This document shows, piece by piece, positions 37,951-47,626 of a DNA stretch of 64,000 bases. The stretch lies in assembly GCA_035288865.1 (NCBI GenBank), contig DATDZA010000017.1, positions 12,672 to 76,671 of the forward strand. The letters are read 5' to 3'. The notes under the pieces were generated by a model. The model was not told the origin of the DNA and did not search any database. It saw only the letters and a program-made list of their open reading frames with translations. The position numbers were made by a program, and so were the translations under genes. The first letter of the stretch is position 1; every line of letters starts with the position of its first letter. This DNA comes from Candidatus Nanoarchaeia archaeon. GTDB lineage: Archaea; Nanobdellota; Nanobdellia; Woesearchaeales; GW2011-AR4.

Positions 37951-38224
37951 TTTGTCCTCTTATATCTATTATTTTAAATCTCCATCAAATTAATTTTAAA
38001 TAAAAGAAAAATTTAGATGAACATTGAAATTACAATTACATCATCATTAGCATTGTAGAATTAAAACTAGGAAAAGTAAAACGTGAATTAATTTTCTCTA
38101 AATTATTTAATTTAAGCATTTAAACAGTTTAAGGCATTTTATATTTAAATTGTTTTGAAAGAATTATTCTTATAGGAATATTATTATCAATTAATTATTA
38201 AAGAAGTAATCAATATTTAAGGTT

Positions 38225-38863
38225 ATGGCTAACCAAGTACAAACCGAAAGAATAGATTTGCTGGTTCATCCGTTTTACACTATCAGCAAAGTATATAGTA
38301 GAATGATGATAGATGAACAATCAGATAGGAATATTTTATCACTAAAATCATTATGGCTTGATTCTATATCTGATGTCGCCAGAAATGAAAGACGCTGCCT
38401 CGTTTTGGTAAATGGAACAAATGTTCTGGAGCAACTATTTCCTAATCCTGAAGATATAAATCCTTACAGGTCACTCTATAGAGAAATTATTTCTCGAGCA
38501 AGACAACTTTTGGGGCAAAGATTATTTTATTTTTACCCAAGGTTATACTCAAATTCATTTTCAACAGAAATATTGGATGATGGGGTCATTTTAGCTAAGG
38601 GTGCCGGAAATGATTTGTTTTATGACCCTGCTTATGTAGGGGTTACTGCTTATGGCGAACATGTTGACGAACAGACAAAAGCCGGTTGCGTAGATTCTAG
38701 CATTAGAGATTTAACAAATTTGCTTAAAATTCCTCTAGAAAATGTAAGGATTAATCCGGATAAATCCCTTCCTTTGCAACCATTGATCAGAACAGAATTT
38801 GGTTTTGACGTGCCGACAACTTTGTACCTTACTATTAAAATGATTAAAAAATTATCTGATTAA
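38225..38863 (+). CDS. Hypothetical protein, weak resemblance to the cysteine-hydrolase (isochorismatase) fold
   Basis: LLVHPFY...VTAYGE...GCVD pattern only. Confidence 0.4.
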   Translation: MANQVQTERIDLLVHPFYTISKVYSRMMIDEQSDRNILSLKSLWLDSISDVARNERRCLVLVNGTNVLEQLFPNPEDINPYRSLYREIISRARQLLGQRLFYFYPRLYSNSFSTEILDDGVILAKGAGNDLFYDPAYVGVTAYGEHVDEQTKAGCVDSSIRDLTNLLKIPLENVRINPDKSLPLQPLIRTEFGFDVPTTLYLTIKMIKKLSD

Positions 38864-38867
38864 TCTT

Positions 38868-41081
38868 CTAATCACCATTGTACTCGCTTTCAACCACCTC
38901 CTTTATCTGCTTCGCCTTTGCAGGTCCAATCTTCTCAACTTTCTGCAGCTCTTCAGCAGAAGCGTTAACAATATTTTTTATTGTCTTGAAATGCTTCAGC
39001 AAAGGTTTTGACAATGTTAAATTTATACCGGGCAGCGAGCTAATAAAATATTCTTGCTGCTCTTTTAATGATGTTGGCTTGCGGTCAGCATGCACGTTAA
39101 AATCCTTTGAAGTCTCTGCCTGCTCTCTTCTTGCAATTATCTGGAGCAAGGACGCGGTTTCCTTGAAATTTTTTGTCTGTATTATTGGAATTCCGTAAGA
39201 AACAGCAATAGTAGCCATCATTCCAAGTATTGAATTGTGATGCACGTTGCGAACAGAATAAATATCCTCAGAGCCCTCAATCACAATCACAGGCCTTTCA
39301 AAATTATTCTTCATGTTCTTAATCTGCTCCAATAATCTTCCGTCAATTATTGAATCAACAAAATCAGAAACTGTCTTGATTTCAACTCCGCACCTTGATG
39401 ATAAAATATAATCCGCATATTCCAATCTCTCCAAATTGACCTGAATGTTTTCTTCAACCATTTCCTTTATAACTCCGCTTCCTTTCTCCCTGTAGTCAGC
39501 AAAAATTTTTATTTTATCTTCAGTATGTTTTGCTGCAGAATTTTCTTTTCTTTCATGAAGGGTTAAATTAAGTTTTTTTCTTAAACTAATTAGATTCATG
39601 TACATTTTTTTCTCTTTATGATGGGCAACCCATCTGTAAGACTCATCCCTGGTGCCTTTGGCTAACAAAATTATAACTCGCCCTTTTTCCTGCCGTCCAG
39701 TCCTGCCGCGCCTTTGTATACTCCTGATTGCGCTTGGAATAGGCTCATAGAATATCACCAAATCAACTTTCGGAATGTCAAGGCCTTCTTCCCCGATTGA
39801 TGTTGCAACAAGCACATTAAACAGCCCGTTCCTGAAATCATCAAGCATTTGTTTCTGCTCTTTCTGGCTCATTCCTGTGTCGATTTTTTTCTGCTGACCG
39901 ACGAAAATGTTTGCTTTTACATTACTTAATTTATTCAGCTTCTGCATAACATCAAGGGCATTGTCCCTGTACTGGTTGAAAATCATTATCTTAATATTGG
40001 GATTTTTGCCGGCTTCGGCATCAACAATATTCTGAAGCTCGATTAATTTTGGATGCTCAACTCCTTCTTCATGAAGTATTCTTGCTTTTATCAGCGCAGA
40101 CTTGAAATTTGAGTCAGCCATTATGCTCCTGATTGCCTTTGTCTGTGATGTGCTGGATTCAGAAACTAATTTTTCAAAATATTTGTGCAGCGCGTTAATT
40201 CCCTGCGTTTCAAGCAGCTCAAGAGCGTGATAAATCTTCATGACTTCGGCAAGAGTTGAAATTGCGCTCCACATCGCAAAATCTTTATCTCCCTGGGAAA
40301 TCCTGCTCCTTATTTCCCCCTGGAGCTGCAGCAAGTCTGATTTTGAAACAAACTTTACATCGGCTTTTTTGAGAACTCCACTTTTCTTCAGCCTTTCAAA
40401 CCTTTCTCTTAAAAATAGCAACAAGAATTTCTGAATGTCAATAAAAACTCTTGGAAGTTCTACATTCACCCATTCTGTATGGATTTCTTGCACATATGGC
40501 TTGACATCGGGGTCTTCATCTGTCCTGACCTCAATATCCTCAATGAAAAGATTTTTGCACACTTCCTGTATTTTTTCCATATCGCTTCCCGGCGAAGCGG
40601 TCAGCGCAATTATTCTCGGGAAATTTGAAAGCTTCATGAACTGCTTTGCAACAAATACATAGGCATAATCTCCAACTGCGCGGTGCGCTTCATCAACCCC
40701 GAGCAGGCAGACTTCTGCAAGATTTATGCGGTTGCTGATTATGTCATTTTCCAAACCCTGTGGTGTTGAAAAAATAATTTTTGATTTCTTCCACAGCTCC
40801 CCTCTTTTTTCAGGGCTTATCATGCCTGTGAAAACGGACATTTTGTTTTCATCAATTTCAAAATGCTCCTTGAATACCGCCATATACTGGTCAATCAGCG
40901 GCTTGGTAGGCCCGATAAAAAGTATTTTTGAATTTGGAAACTGCTTCAGCCTCTGGGCAGAAAGCATCAGAAAAATATTCGTCTTCCCCATTCCGGTTGG
41001 AAGCACTACCAAAGTGTTCTTCTCTGCAGCTGTGTTAAGAATAGTCTCCTGATACAGCCTTGGCTCGAAGTTCTTAATCAT
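38868..41081 (-). CDS. hef: Hef helicase/ERCC4 nuclease (FANCM homologue)
   Basis: PRLYQE, PTGMGKT, DEAHRA, TASPG, QRRGRTGR, ERCC4 domain (DYRE..GVEIK), C-terminal HhH. Confidence 0.95.
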   Translation of the reverse strand: MIKNFEPRLYQETILNTAAEKNTLVVLPTGMGKTNIFLMLSAQRLKQFPNSKILFIGPTKPLIDQYMAVFKEHFEIDENKMSVFTGMISPEKRGELWKKSKIIFSTPQGLENDIISNRINLAEVCLLGVDEAHRAVGDYAYVFVAKQFMKLSNFPRIIALTASPGSDMEKIQEVCKNLFIEDIEVRTDEDPDVKPYVQEIHTEWVNVELPRVFIDIQKFLLLFLRERFERLKKSGVLKKADVKFVSKSDLLQLQGEIRSRISQGDKDFAMWSAISTLAEVMKIYHALELLETQGINALHKYFEKLVSESSTSQTKAIRSIMADSNFKSALIKARILHEEGVEHPKLIELQNIVDAEAGKNPNIKIMIFNQYRDNALDVMQKLNKLSNVKANIFVGQQKKIDTGMSQKEQKQMLDDFRNGLFNVLVATSIGEEGLDIPKVDLVIFYEPIPSAIRSIQRRGRTGRQEKGRVIILLAKGTRDESYRWVAHHKEKKMYMNLISLRKKLNLTLHERKENSAAKHTEDKIKIFADYREKGSGVIKEMVEENIQVNLERLEYADYILSSRCGVEIKTVSDFVDSIIDGRLLEQIKNMKNNFERPVIVIEGSEDIYSVRNVHHNSILGMMATIAVSYGIPIIQTKNFKETASLLQIIARREQAETSKDFNVHADRKPTSLKEQQEYFISSLPGINLTLSKPLLKHFKTIKNIVNASAEELQKVEKIGPAKAKQIKEVVESEYNGD

Positions 41082-41205
41082 AGCGCTTTGAGAGTATTTT
41101 TGAGTTTAAATAGGTTGTTGAAGAAATTTGTATCTATGGTGTGTTGTTTTGTATTTTTATTATTAAAACAATTCGAAAAATTATTAAACAAAAGGTTAGC
41201 AAATT

Positions 41206-41610
41206 ATGTTTATGGCATTGTTTGATGAAATTAAAATCCTATCTAAAAATGGTGGGCTTTGGTCAGCGTTTAAATGGTCCTTGATTGCAATTCCAATAAT
41301 TTTAATTTTTGAATTTATCGGCTTGATGATACCAATTGAAAGTGAGTTTTTATCCCTTTTGACTATTGGAATTTTTGAGAGTATGGGGATGCTATTTTTA
41401 TATATTTTTGCCCTGAAAAAAAGCATTAAGCCATTTGGCCTCAAGACGTACTCTTTAAGAGTTGAATATGTAGCAGCGATTACAATTCTGCTTGTCGTGT
41501 ATTTTAATGTAGTATTTGCCATATTCTTTCCTTCCCTTTTTGAATTTTCTAGTGTTGGGCTTTTATCAATTGGCTTTATGTTTGTTGTTCCATACTTCAT
41601 TAAAAAATGA
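41206..41610 (+). CDS. Membrane protein (hypothetical)
   Basis: Four hydrophobic helices; AT-rich. Confidence 0.5.
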   Translation: MFMALFDEIKILSKNGGLWSAFKWSLIAIPIILIFEFIGLMIPIESEFLSLLTIGIFESMGMLFLYIFALKKSIKPFGLKTYSLRVEYVAAITILLVVYFNVVFAIFFPSLFEFSSVGLLSIGFMFVVPYFIKK

Positions 41611-41634
41611 ACCAGAATAAAAACTTTAAATAAT

Positions 41635-42402
41635 TCACTTGGCAGCATTCACCATCAAATCCGCCTTCTTGACCCCGGTTGAAGGCCAGTAAGAAGTTAT
41701 TTTTACATCTTCTTTCATAACAAACTCTGCCCTTATTGGCTGCTTGTCACCGTGCCTGTATTTAACTGTTGGAAATGGCCCTTGAATGTCAATGCCAGCA
41801 AAATACATCGTGGCATTCCTGAATCTGAAATTAATTATGACGGTATCATTTATTCTCGCCATTAGATTATTAGGGTAAAACCCAAAGTCATCAGATTCAA
41901 TAGAAAATTCTTCCAATCCGGGCTGTTGGAGGATCTCTTTTGAAATGGCATCAGATTCAACATTGATTAAAATTGTTTTAATTACTCGAGGATTAAGCGA
42001 GGAATGGTCACTCATGACCAATTCAGCTGCTATTGAATGCCTTCCCGAAGAAACATTCTCGAAAGTAAAATTATTGTAAGCGCTGATTCTTCTCTCGCTG
42101 TCAAGCCACACATGAAAATGCCCTTCTCTATTTTTTACCATGCTTCCCACAGGCACAATCTTGAAATTATCGGCATAGACTTTGACATTTATAGTTGAAT
42201 TTTTTATCATTTGATTATCTCTTGGAGACAATATTTTTATGGACGGCGGCGCTATTGTTTTATTGCTTTCAATTTCCACATTTGTAGTTCTTATGTAAGT
42301 CTCTTTAGCAATCACATCTGAGCTTTGAGCGTCTTTTATTTCAACTTCACTCGTGCATGATGTTAAAACAAGTATCACCAACAAAAAATATATTTTTTTC
42401 AT
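41635..42402 (-). CDS. Lipoprotein with a His-motif Ig-like domain and a cupredoxin-like C-terminus
   Basis: LTSC lipobox; GHFHVWLD...GRHSIAAELV..DHS; FGFYPNNL..RINDTVIINF. Confidence 0.55.
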   Translation of the reverse strand: MKKIYFLLVILVLTSCTSEVEIKDAQSSDVIAKETYIRTTNVEIESNKTIAPPSIKILSPRDNQMIKNSTINVKVYADNFKIVPVGSMVKNREGHFHVWLDSERRISAYNNFTFENVSSGRHSIAAELVMSDHSSLNPRVIKTILINVESDAISKEILQQPGLEEFSIESDDFGFYPNNLMARINDTVIINFRFRNATMYFAGIDIQGPFPTVKYRHGDKQPIRAEFVMKEDVKITSYWPSTGVKKADLMVNAAK

Positions 42403-42403
42403 C

Positions 42404-42727
42404 TTAGTAAAGCCGGTCCATCAAAATTCCTTTGCTGTGCAGCTGATAGCTCAGAACAGCCCCAGCAATGAATAGGGCGGCTGCAATTATCCTGTTGCCG
42501 TATTGCATTCCCACAATGTATCCTATCAAAAATCCTGCAATTATAATATAGAACGGAAAAACAATATTTGTTCTTCTCTGGTACAAAACCCTGCCTGCAA
42601 AATATCCCGATACAAAAACAAGAGCATATCCCACCATAGCGCTTGGCACCACTAAGGCAAAAATCAGCCCCATTGCTGCAATCAGCAAAAAGAAAAATTC
42701 CATCCAGCTTTTTTCAACTTCGAACAT
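42404..42727 (-). CDS. Small membrane protein
   Basis: AAGGTGA RBS before MFEVEKSW; four TM helices. Confidence 0.55.
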   Translation of the reverse strand: MFEVEKSWMEFFFLLIAAMGLIFALVVPSAMVGYALVFVSGYFAGRVLYQRRTNIVFPFYIIIAGFLIGYIVGMQYGNRIIAAALFIAGAVLSYQLHSKGILMDRLY

Positions 42728-42875
42728 GTCAAAAATCACCTTTAAACTTACAGTTAAGTGCTGCAAACGCAAATACTTTTGTGTGGTTTTTAACCATGCT
42801 CGAAAATATGCTGCCTTGTAAGGCTCCATTCAACTTACATCCATCAATTAAAAAGATATTGTATATTTTCGACAT

Positions 42876-43631
42876 TTATGGTCCCTTCCATACTTTTCTT
42901 TCAAAGCTTACATAATACCAAAGCCACAAAATTACGCCGACCAAGAGCGACAGAACAACAGAAAAAAATACTGGTATATCAATCATCATTAAAATTGTTG
43001 CGACTATCATTGCGGGCATCACAAAGGCATAAATCATCCTGCTTCCAAAAAATATTTTGCCGCCGTCCAAAACCGGAATTGGAAGCATGTTAGTTATATT
43101 GTAAATTATGTTGAACATAATTGCTTTCTGTAGGAGCGGGTTCGGGGATAATGCATATAAAATTTTTAACAGAATAATCAGCATAAGCGTGAATAGCGGC
43201 CCGGCAAGCGCAACCATAGATTGCCCTATAATATTTATTCCATACCTGAAAAATCCCAGTCTGTGGCCGGCTAAATGGTGCAGCATAAATGTGCCCGGAA
43301 TGATAAGCCAGAATTTTCCGTTGGTGACAAAAGCAAGTATCAGCCCTAAAACAACCCCAAAAGTCCACATCTTGAATTCTATTTTATATCCGATTGCAAG
43401 CCCCCAGATTCTTTGGCCTGCATCGTGAACAAGAACTGACATGGCAACAATCAAAATCGAATTGAACAGGTTAAATAATCCTGCTGCCAGATCAAACTGG
43501 TTTGCGCCCCACTCCCTGAAAGAAATAATGAATGCAATCGCCAATATTGCTATTGCGTAGCCCCTAACTTCATACTTTGTGAATGTGTAATATTTTTTTA
43601 ATTTGTCTATCAAATCAACTAATTCTGCCAT
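42876..43631 (-). CDS. M50 (site-2 protease)-like membrane protein with a degenerate HEXXH
   Basis: VLVHDAGQ in place of HEXXH; ALAGP; NMLPIPVLDGGKI. Confidence 0.75.
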   Translation of the reverse strand: MAELVDLIDKLKKYYTFTKYEVRGYAIAILAIAFIISFREWGANQFDLAAGLFNLFNSILIVAMSVLVHDAGQRIWGLAIGYKIEFKMWTFGVVLGLILAFVTNGKFWLIIPGTFMLHHLAGHRLGFFRYGINIIGQSMVALAGPLFTLMLIILLKILYALSPNPLLQKAIMFNIIYNITNMLPIPVLDGGKIFFGSRMIYAFVMPAMIVATILMMIDIPVFFSVVLSLLVGVILWLWYYVSFERKVWKGP

Positions 43632-43784
43632 TGTACTGTTTTTGGAAATGGATTATTTAAGTTTATTGGTTTTAACCGCAAAGTCAGCTAAGGCTTATAG
43701 TTTCATGGTTTTATGATTATTTTTTGTTTTGTTAATGAACTATTCATTCCATTCGTGGTAAATTTATCTATCAGCTTCAAAAAC

Positions 43785-44489
43785 TTATTTTCCAATCGAA
43801 TAGCTGTAGTTCAAATTAATTTCTTCACTCCTTTTAACCAGTTCTAGAACATCATCAACATGCCCTGCGCCCAGAATTGCAAGGATTTTTTTATCCGGAT
43901 TGGAATTTACTAAATTCCTTAAATTTCCAGCAATCACGGAATTTCTTTCCTCAATCAGGACTTTATGCACATTCGGATACCTTTCTTTTAATCTTGATGT
44001 TAATCTCCTGATTATCTTTTTTTCTGGCACAGTCCTCAAATCAAAATCAATCCTCTCCCCTTTTGTAAATATAGACTTTAAAATATCTGCAGCAAAATTC
44101 CATTTTTCTTTCCAAGTCAAAGTTTTTGAAAGCCTTCGCAGGGTTATTTCAATATCCTGGTCAACCAGCGCAATTTGAATATTGTTTTTCTTCGCAATCT
44201 GAACTGCCTGCTTCATCTCAGAGCCTGGCGCAACTCCAACGAGCTTTCCAAGCTTTTTCTCTGCCCACGCGCCAATCAGAGAGAAAACAAATCCTTTTAT
44301 TCCAATTTGCCTGATAGCTCTAAGCCGAATTTTTCTGGGAGCCTTGCTCATCAGGGCAGGCAATCTTTTGGCATCAAGCTCTATCGCTACAATATCCGGC
44401 TTTTCTTCTTCTATATACTTTTTTACTTCATCCAGGCTTTGCTTTGCTATATGTGAAGTTCCTAAAAATACTAAATTCCCATATTTCAT
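43785..44489 (-). CDS. TraB/PrgY/GumN family protein
   Basis: LGTSHIA, PDIVAIELD..R, PGSEM, LVDQDIEITL, LIEERN, ILGAGH. Confidence 0.9.
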   Translation of the reverse strand: MKYGNLVFLGTSHIAKQSLDEVKKYIEEEKPDIVAIELDAKRLPALMSKAPRKIRLRAIRQIGIKGFVFSLIGAWAEKKLGKLVGVAPGSEMKQAVQIAKKNNIQIALVDQDIEITLRRLSKTLTWKEKWNFAADILKSIFTKGERIDFDLRTVPEKKIIRRLTSRLKERYPNVHKVLIEERNSVIAGNLRNLVNSNPDKKILAILGAGHVDDVLELVKRSEEINLNYSYSIGK

Positions 44490-44613
44490 GAATTATCGGG
44501 AATCAATGTATTTTATTAAGGCTTTCCACTTTTTTTCAAAAGATTTAAATACTACTTCGCAGATAAAACACTTTAAAGTTAAATGATTTTTAAATAAAAT
44601 AAAGGTGATTTCA

Positions 44614-44901
44614 ATGCTAAAGATGAAAAAGATAAGCGAAACTTATGATATGAGGGTATTTACAGACAACGGCGAGTATTTTGGTGATGTTGAAGAGTCA
44701 ATTCTTACTCAAAATAAGGTATTTGGCTGGAGAGTAAGGGCAACAAAGAATTCATTCTTGAACAAAGTTCTAGGTTCAGCAAAAGGAGTAATTGTGCCTC
44801 ACCAACTGGTCAAATCCATAGGTGATATAATGATCATCAGCAAGGCAGCTGTTCCTTCTTACAATGAAGGCTCAGAATCCAAAGGAAAGGAAGAGGAATA
44901 A
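44614..44901 (+). CDS. PRC-barrel protein
   Basis: MRVFTDNGEYFGDVEE...GVIVPHQLVKSIGDIMII; GGTGA RBS. Confidence 0.9.
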   Translation: MLKMKKISETYDMRVFTDNGEYFGDVEESILTQNKVFGWRVRATKNSFLNKVLGSAKGVIVPHQLVKSIGDIMIISKAAVPSYNEGSESKGKEEE

Positions 44902-44915
44902 GATTTTAATTCATC

Positions 44916-45332
44916 ATGGGTTTAATTAGTTGGTGGCAAAATAGAAGAGCAAAAGAATTAAAAATAACCCATGATGAACTATCCGCTGAATTTTTTGAGA
45001 CCCACGAGACATTAAAAAAACAATTCTATGAACTTAAGGAAATTATTTCCAAAAGGTTGGATAGGAAAATAGTTTTTGCAAAACGCAATCATTTTTATGA
45101 GACTTATCAGAAATTCTCAAAAGTGCTAGATGCATTAATCTCATTGGATAGAAGATGGCAAGATATAGATTCAAAGATGGGATTTCTTTTTGGTAGGGGT
45201 ATACTCTATTTACTTAAATACGAGAATAATTTTAATTATGATAAGGCATTGAATACTTTAAATATGATGGAAAAAGCTTTGGATGCAATAGAATCTCCAT
45301 TAAGTGATTTAAGATTAAGTTCTGCCGCTTAG
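44916..45332 (+). CDS. Hypothetical protein
   Basis: 138-aa helical ORF, no recognised motif. Confidence 0.45.
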   Translation: MGLISWWQNRRAKELKITHDELSAEFFETHETLKKQFYELKEIISKRLDRKIVFAKRNHFYETYQKFSKVLDALISLDRRWQDIDSKMGFLFGRGILYLLKYENNFNYDKALNTLNMMEKALDAIESPLSDLRLSSAA

Positions 45333-45340
45333 ACTATTTT

Positions 45341-45679
45341 CTAATAGCTCATAACCCTTGAATTGCAGTAAGGGCAGTTCTTTGGAATTCTTGTTTCCGG
45401 GTCTATCTTGAACTTGTACCCGCACGAAGTGCATTTATGGGCTATCCTGCCAGCTTTTGGCTCTTCAGAGTGCATAACTGTGACTTGCGGAGTTGATGAT
45501 GGGTTTTGCATTTGCGCCGCTTGTTTTTTGTGCATTGCTTCGTCTTCAATCTCCTTGTGAATTTTCTTGTTTTTGATGCAGTCAGGACACACCATTTTGC
45601 CTATATCCAAATCCATCTTTAGTGAGGAAGCAGGCACTTTATTGCTGCATCCTTTGCATGGAACCATTGCATCGTACAT
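45341..45679 (-). CDS. Double Zn-ribbon protein (paralog 2)
   Basis: CKGC..CPDC and CTSC..CPYC; GGAGG RBS. Confidence 0.75.
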   Translation of the reverse strand: MYDAMVPCKGCSNKVPASSLKMDLDIGKMVCPDCIKNKKIHKEIEDEAMHKKQAAQMQNPSSTPQVTVMHSEEPKAGRIAHKCTSCGYKFKIDPETRIPKNCPYCNSRVMSY

Positions 45680-45681
45680 TT

Positions 45682-45765
45682 TTAGTCCTCCCAACCCTTG
45701 GCGAAAGCGTTGATGGAAAGCATGCAATGAGGAACATAATGTTCCTCGGAACCATTGTAGTCCAT
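45682..45765 (-). CDS. 27-aa small ORF between the two Zn-ribbon genes
   Basis: MDYNGSEEHYVPHCMLSINAFAKGWED*, GGGGGAC RBS, starts 1 nt after the upstream stop and stops 2 nt before the next ATG. Confidence 0.35.
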   Translation of the reverse strand: MDYNGSEEHYVPHCMLSINAFAKGWED

Positions 45766-45766
45766 T

Positions 45767-46117
45767 TTAGTCCCCCTTCATCTTGAACGCATCTGCCATA
45801 ATCCTTGCAGTGCTTCCTTTTACATTGATATTTCCAGAGCCGCAGTAAGGGCATGTTGAAACAGCAATATGCTTTGCCCTTTTGAAATTATACTTGCAGG
45901 CTTTACAGAAATATTCTTTCATCGCCGGCTCTTCCTGTCTTTTTTGTGACCTTATAGGTTCTTCCGGTCTGGTGTTTGATGAAACTTTTCTGTCAAGGCA
46001 GCCCCTGCATACTAGATTCTTGCCGTTTGGGTCCATTCTCATCATATTCATAGGGTGCTCATTACCGCACTTGAAGCATTTAATTTTAAGATCTGTGTTT
46101 TTTTCTATGATTCTCAC
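45767..46117 (-). CDS. Double Zn-ribbon protein (paralog 1)
   Basis: CFKC..CRGC and CKAC..CPYC. Confidence 0.75.
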   Translation of the reverse strand: MRIIEKNTDLKIKCFKCGNEHPMNMMRMDPNGKNLVCRGCLDRKVSSNTRPEEPIRSQKRQEEPAMKEYFCKACKYNFKRAKHIAVSTCPYCGSGNINVKGSTARIMADAFKMKGD

Positions 46118-46241
46118 CTTTATTTTTAAATCAGGATTTTTTGATTAAGTTAATATTTAAATTTTGTGTTTGAATTTGTGTTTTGTTGTTATGTTATAAT
46201 GAAAATACTTTAATACTGAACTGAAATTCACGCTTCATTAT

Positions 46242-46363
46242 ACGGCTGTGGTCTAGTGGTTTGATTCGAGCTTCCCACGATTTAAAAATCAGAAAAAGCT
46301 TGAGGTCCGGGTTCGATTTGTGCCAAGTGAGCATTTTGGTACACGCAAGTCCCGGCAGCCGTA
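46242..46363 (+). tRNA. tRNA-Gly(CCC) with introns at 37/38 (46278-46296) and 59/60 (46318-46349)
   Basis: Acceptor ACGGCTG/CAGCCGT-A, anticodon stem CGAGC/GCTTG, CCC at 46274-46276, T stem CCGGG/CCCGG. Both inserts fold as BHB-like motifs, and splicing gives the T loop TTCGATT. Confidence 0.9.
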
Positions 46364-46417
46364 TTTATAATTTTGTGGTATATCTTTATCCTGGAGGGCA
46401 AGACCAAGAGGGGGATT

Positions 46418-46636
46418 TCACGTTTTTTTAAAATCTGCCCAAAGAGAGATTACTCCTAAAGTCAAAAAAAGCAAAGCTTCAACCCAATTTTGTTTTTGAA
46501 ATGCTTCTATTAGTGCTATGCCGAAAAGGATGATAAATACGGCAGAGTTTGCAAATGTTAAATTTTTCATACTGATGGCTAAAATATGGGCATATTTAAA
46601 ATTTCTTATCTTCATGGCTGTATAATCTTCCCGCAC
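46418..46636 (-). CDS. Small membrane protein
   Basis: Two hydrophobic helices; true start probably at MKNL. Confidence 0.4.
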   Translation of the reverse strand: MREDYTAMKIRNFKYAHILAISMKNLTFANSAVFIILFGIALIEAFQKQNWVEALLFLTLGVISLWADFKKT

Positions 46637-46729
46637 ATAAATACACTTGCCTCGAAATTTAAACTAACCTAACACTATTTTTCAAAAAATAGAATAAACT
46701 TTATAAATAAGTTTCAATTCTCAAAAGCT

Positions 46730-46954
46730 ATGGGAAGAAAAGACAAGCCTAAGAGAATAAGTGCAAAAAAGGAAAGGTACCTCAAATTCAGGAAAGAGAA
46801 GCCTACTAATCTTACTGTTGCCCCTCCTGACTTGTCAGAAGAGCAGGTTAAGGACAGGAGGTTTGACGAGCAGCACATAAGTGACTTCTGGCGGCATTAC
46901 AGACGGCCTGCTGAAAGATTTGTGAACGAGAGAAAAGCCAAAAGCAAAAGATAA
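46730..46954 (+). CDS. Small basic protein (hypothetical)
   Basis: 74 aa, K/R-rich, TATA (TTTATAAA) about 25 nt upstream. Confidence 0.5.
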   Translation: MGRKDKPKRISAKKERYLKFRKEKPTNLTVAPPDLSEEQVKDRRFDEQHISDFWRHYRRPAERFVNERKAKSKR

Positions 46955-47003
46955 GTCAGCGTTCTGTTCGCGGATTAAATTAGAAAGTTATTTATAGCCA
47001 AAT

Positions 47004-47600
47004 ATGGGAGTCACGCATATGGTATGGAGTTTCTTTCACGAGTTGGGCAGAAAAATTGTGCATATGACTATCCTCGTCATTCTTGTCCTCTATTTTTTTA
47101 TTGAGAATACCACCGGAAAGCAGATTGCTTTGCTTTTCCTTGTTGGATTGCTGATAGCTTTCTTAGTTTTAGAATATTTTAGAATTGAGCTTGGATGGAA
47201 AATCCCTTTCTTCTCGCTTTTCATAAGGGCAAAAGAGGAAAACAGGATGTACGGCGTTGTTTATTTTCTTTCAGCTAGCATAATTTCACTTGCGGTATTT
47301 GATAAAAAAATAGCATTAGCTGCCCTTTTGATGACAACTTTCGGCGACATGGTTGCTGCCATTGTCGGCAAAAGATACGGCACAAACTTGATTTACAGAA
47401 ATAAGACCTCGGCAGGTTTTTTTGGGGAATTGGTAATTAACCTGATTGTGGGCTTCCTGATACTTGACAGCATTTACATAATTCTTGGAATGGCATTTGT
47501 TGCAACAATTGTAGAAACTTTGGTTGACGAACTTGATGATAATTTGATGATACCTATATTTTCAGGGTTTGTTGGGCAGATAATTCTATATAGTTTGTAA
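47004..47600 (+). CDS. Dolichol/phytol kinase-like (SEC59/CTP-dependent) membrane protein
   Basis: ELGRKIVH, TFGDMVAAIVGKRYG, KT.AG, DDNL.IP. Confidence 0.85.
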   Translation: MGVTHMVWSFFHELGRKIVHMTILVILVLYFFIENTTGKQIALLFLVGLLIAFLVLEYFRIELGWKIPFFSLFIRAKEENRMYGVVYFLSASIISLAVFDKKIALAALLMTTFGDMVAAIVGKRYGTNLIYRNKTSAGFFGELVINLIVGFLILDSIYIILGMAFVATIVETLVDELDDNLMIPIFSGFVGQIILYSL

Positions 47601-47626
47601 TAATTTTTTTTATTAATCAAAATTAT

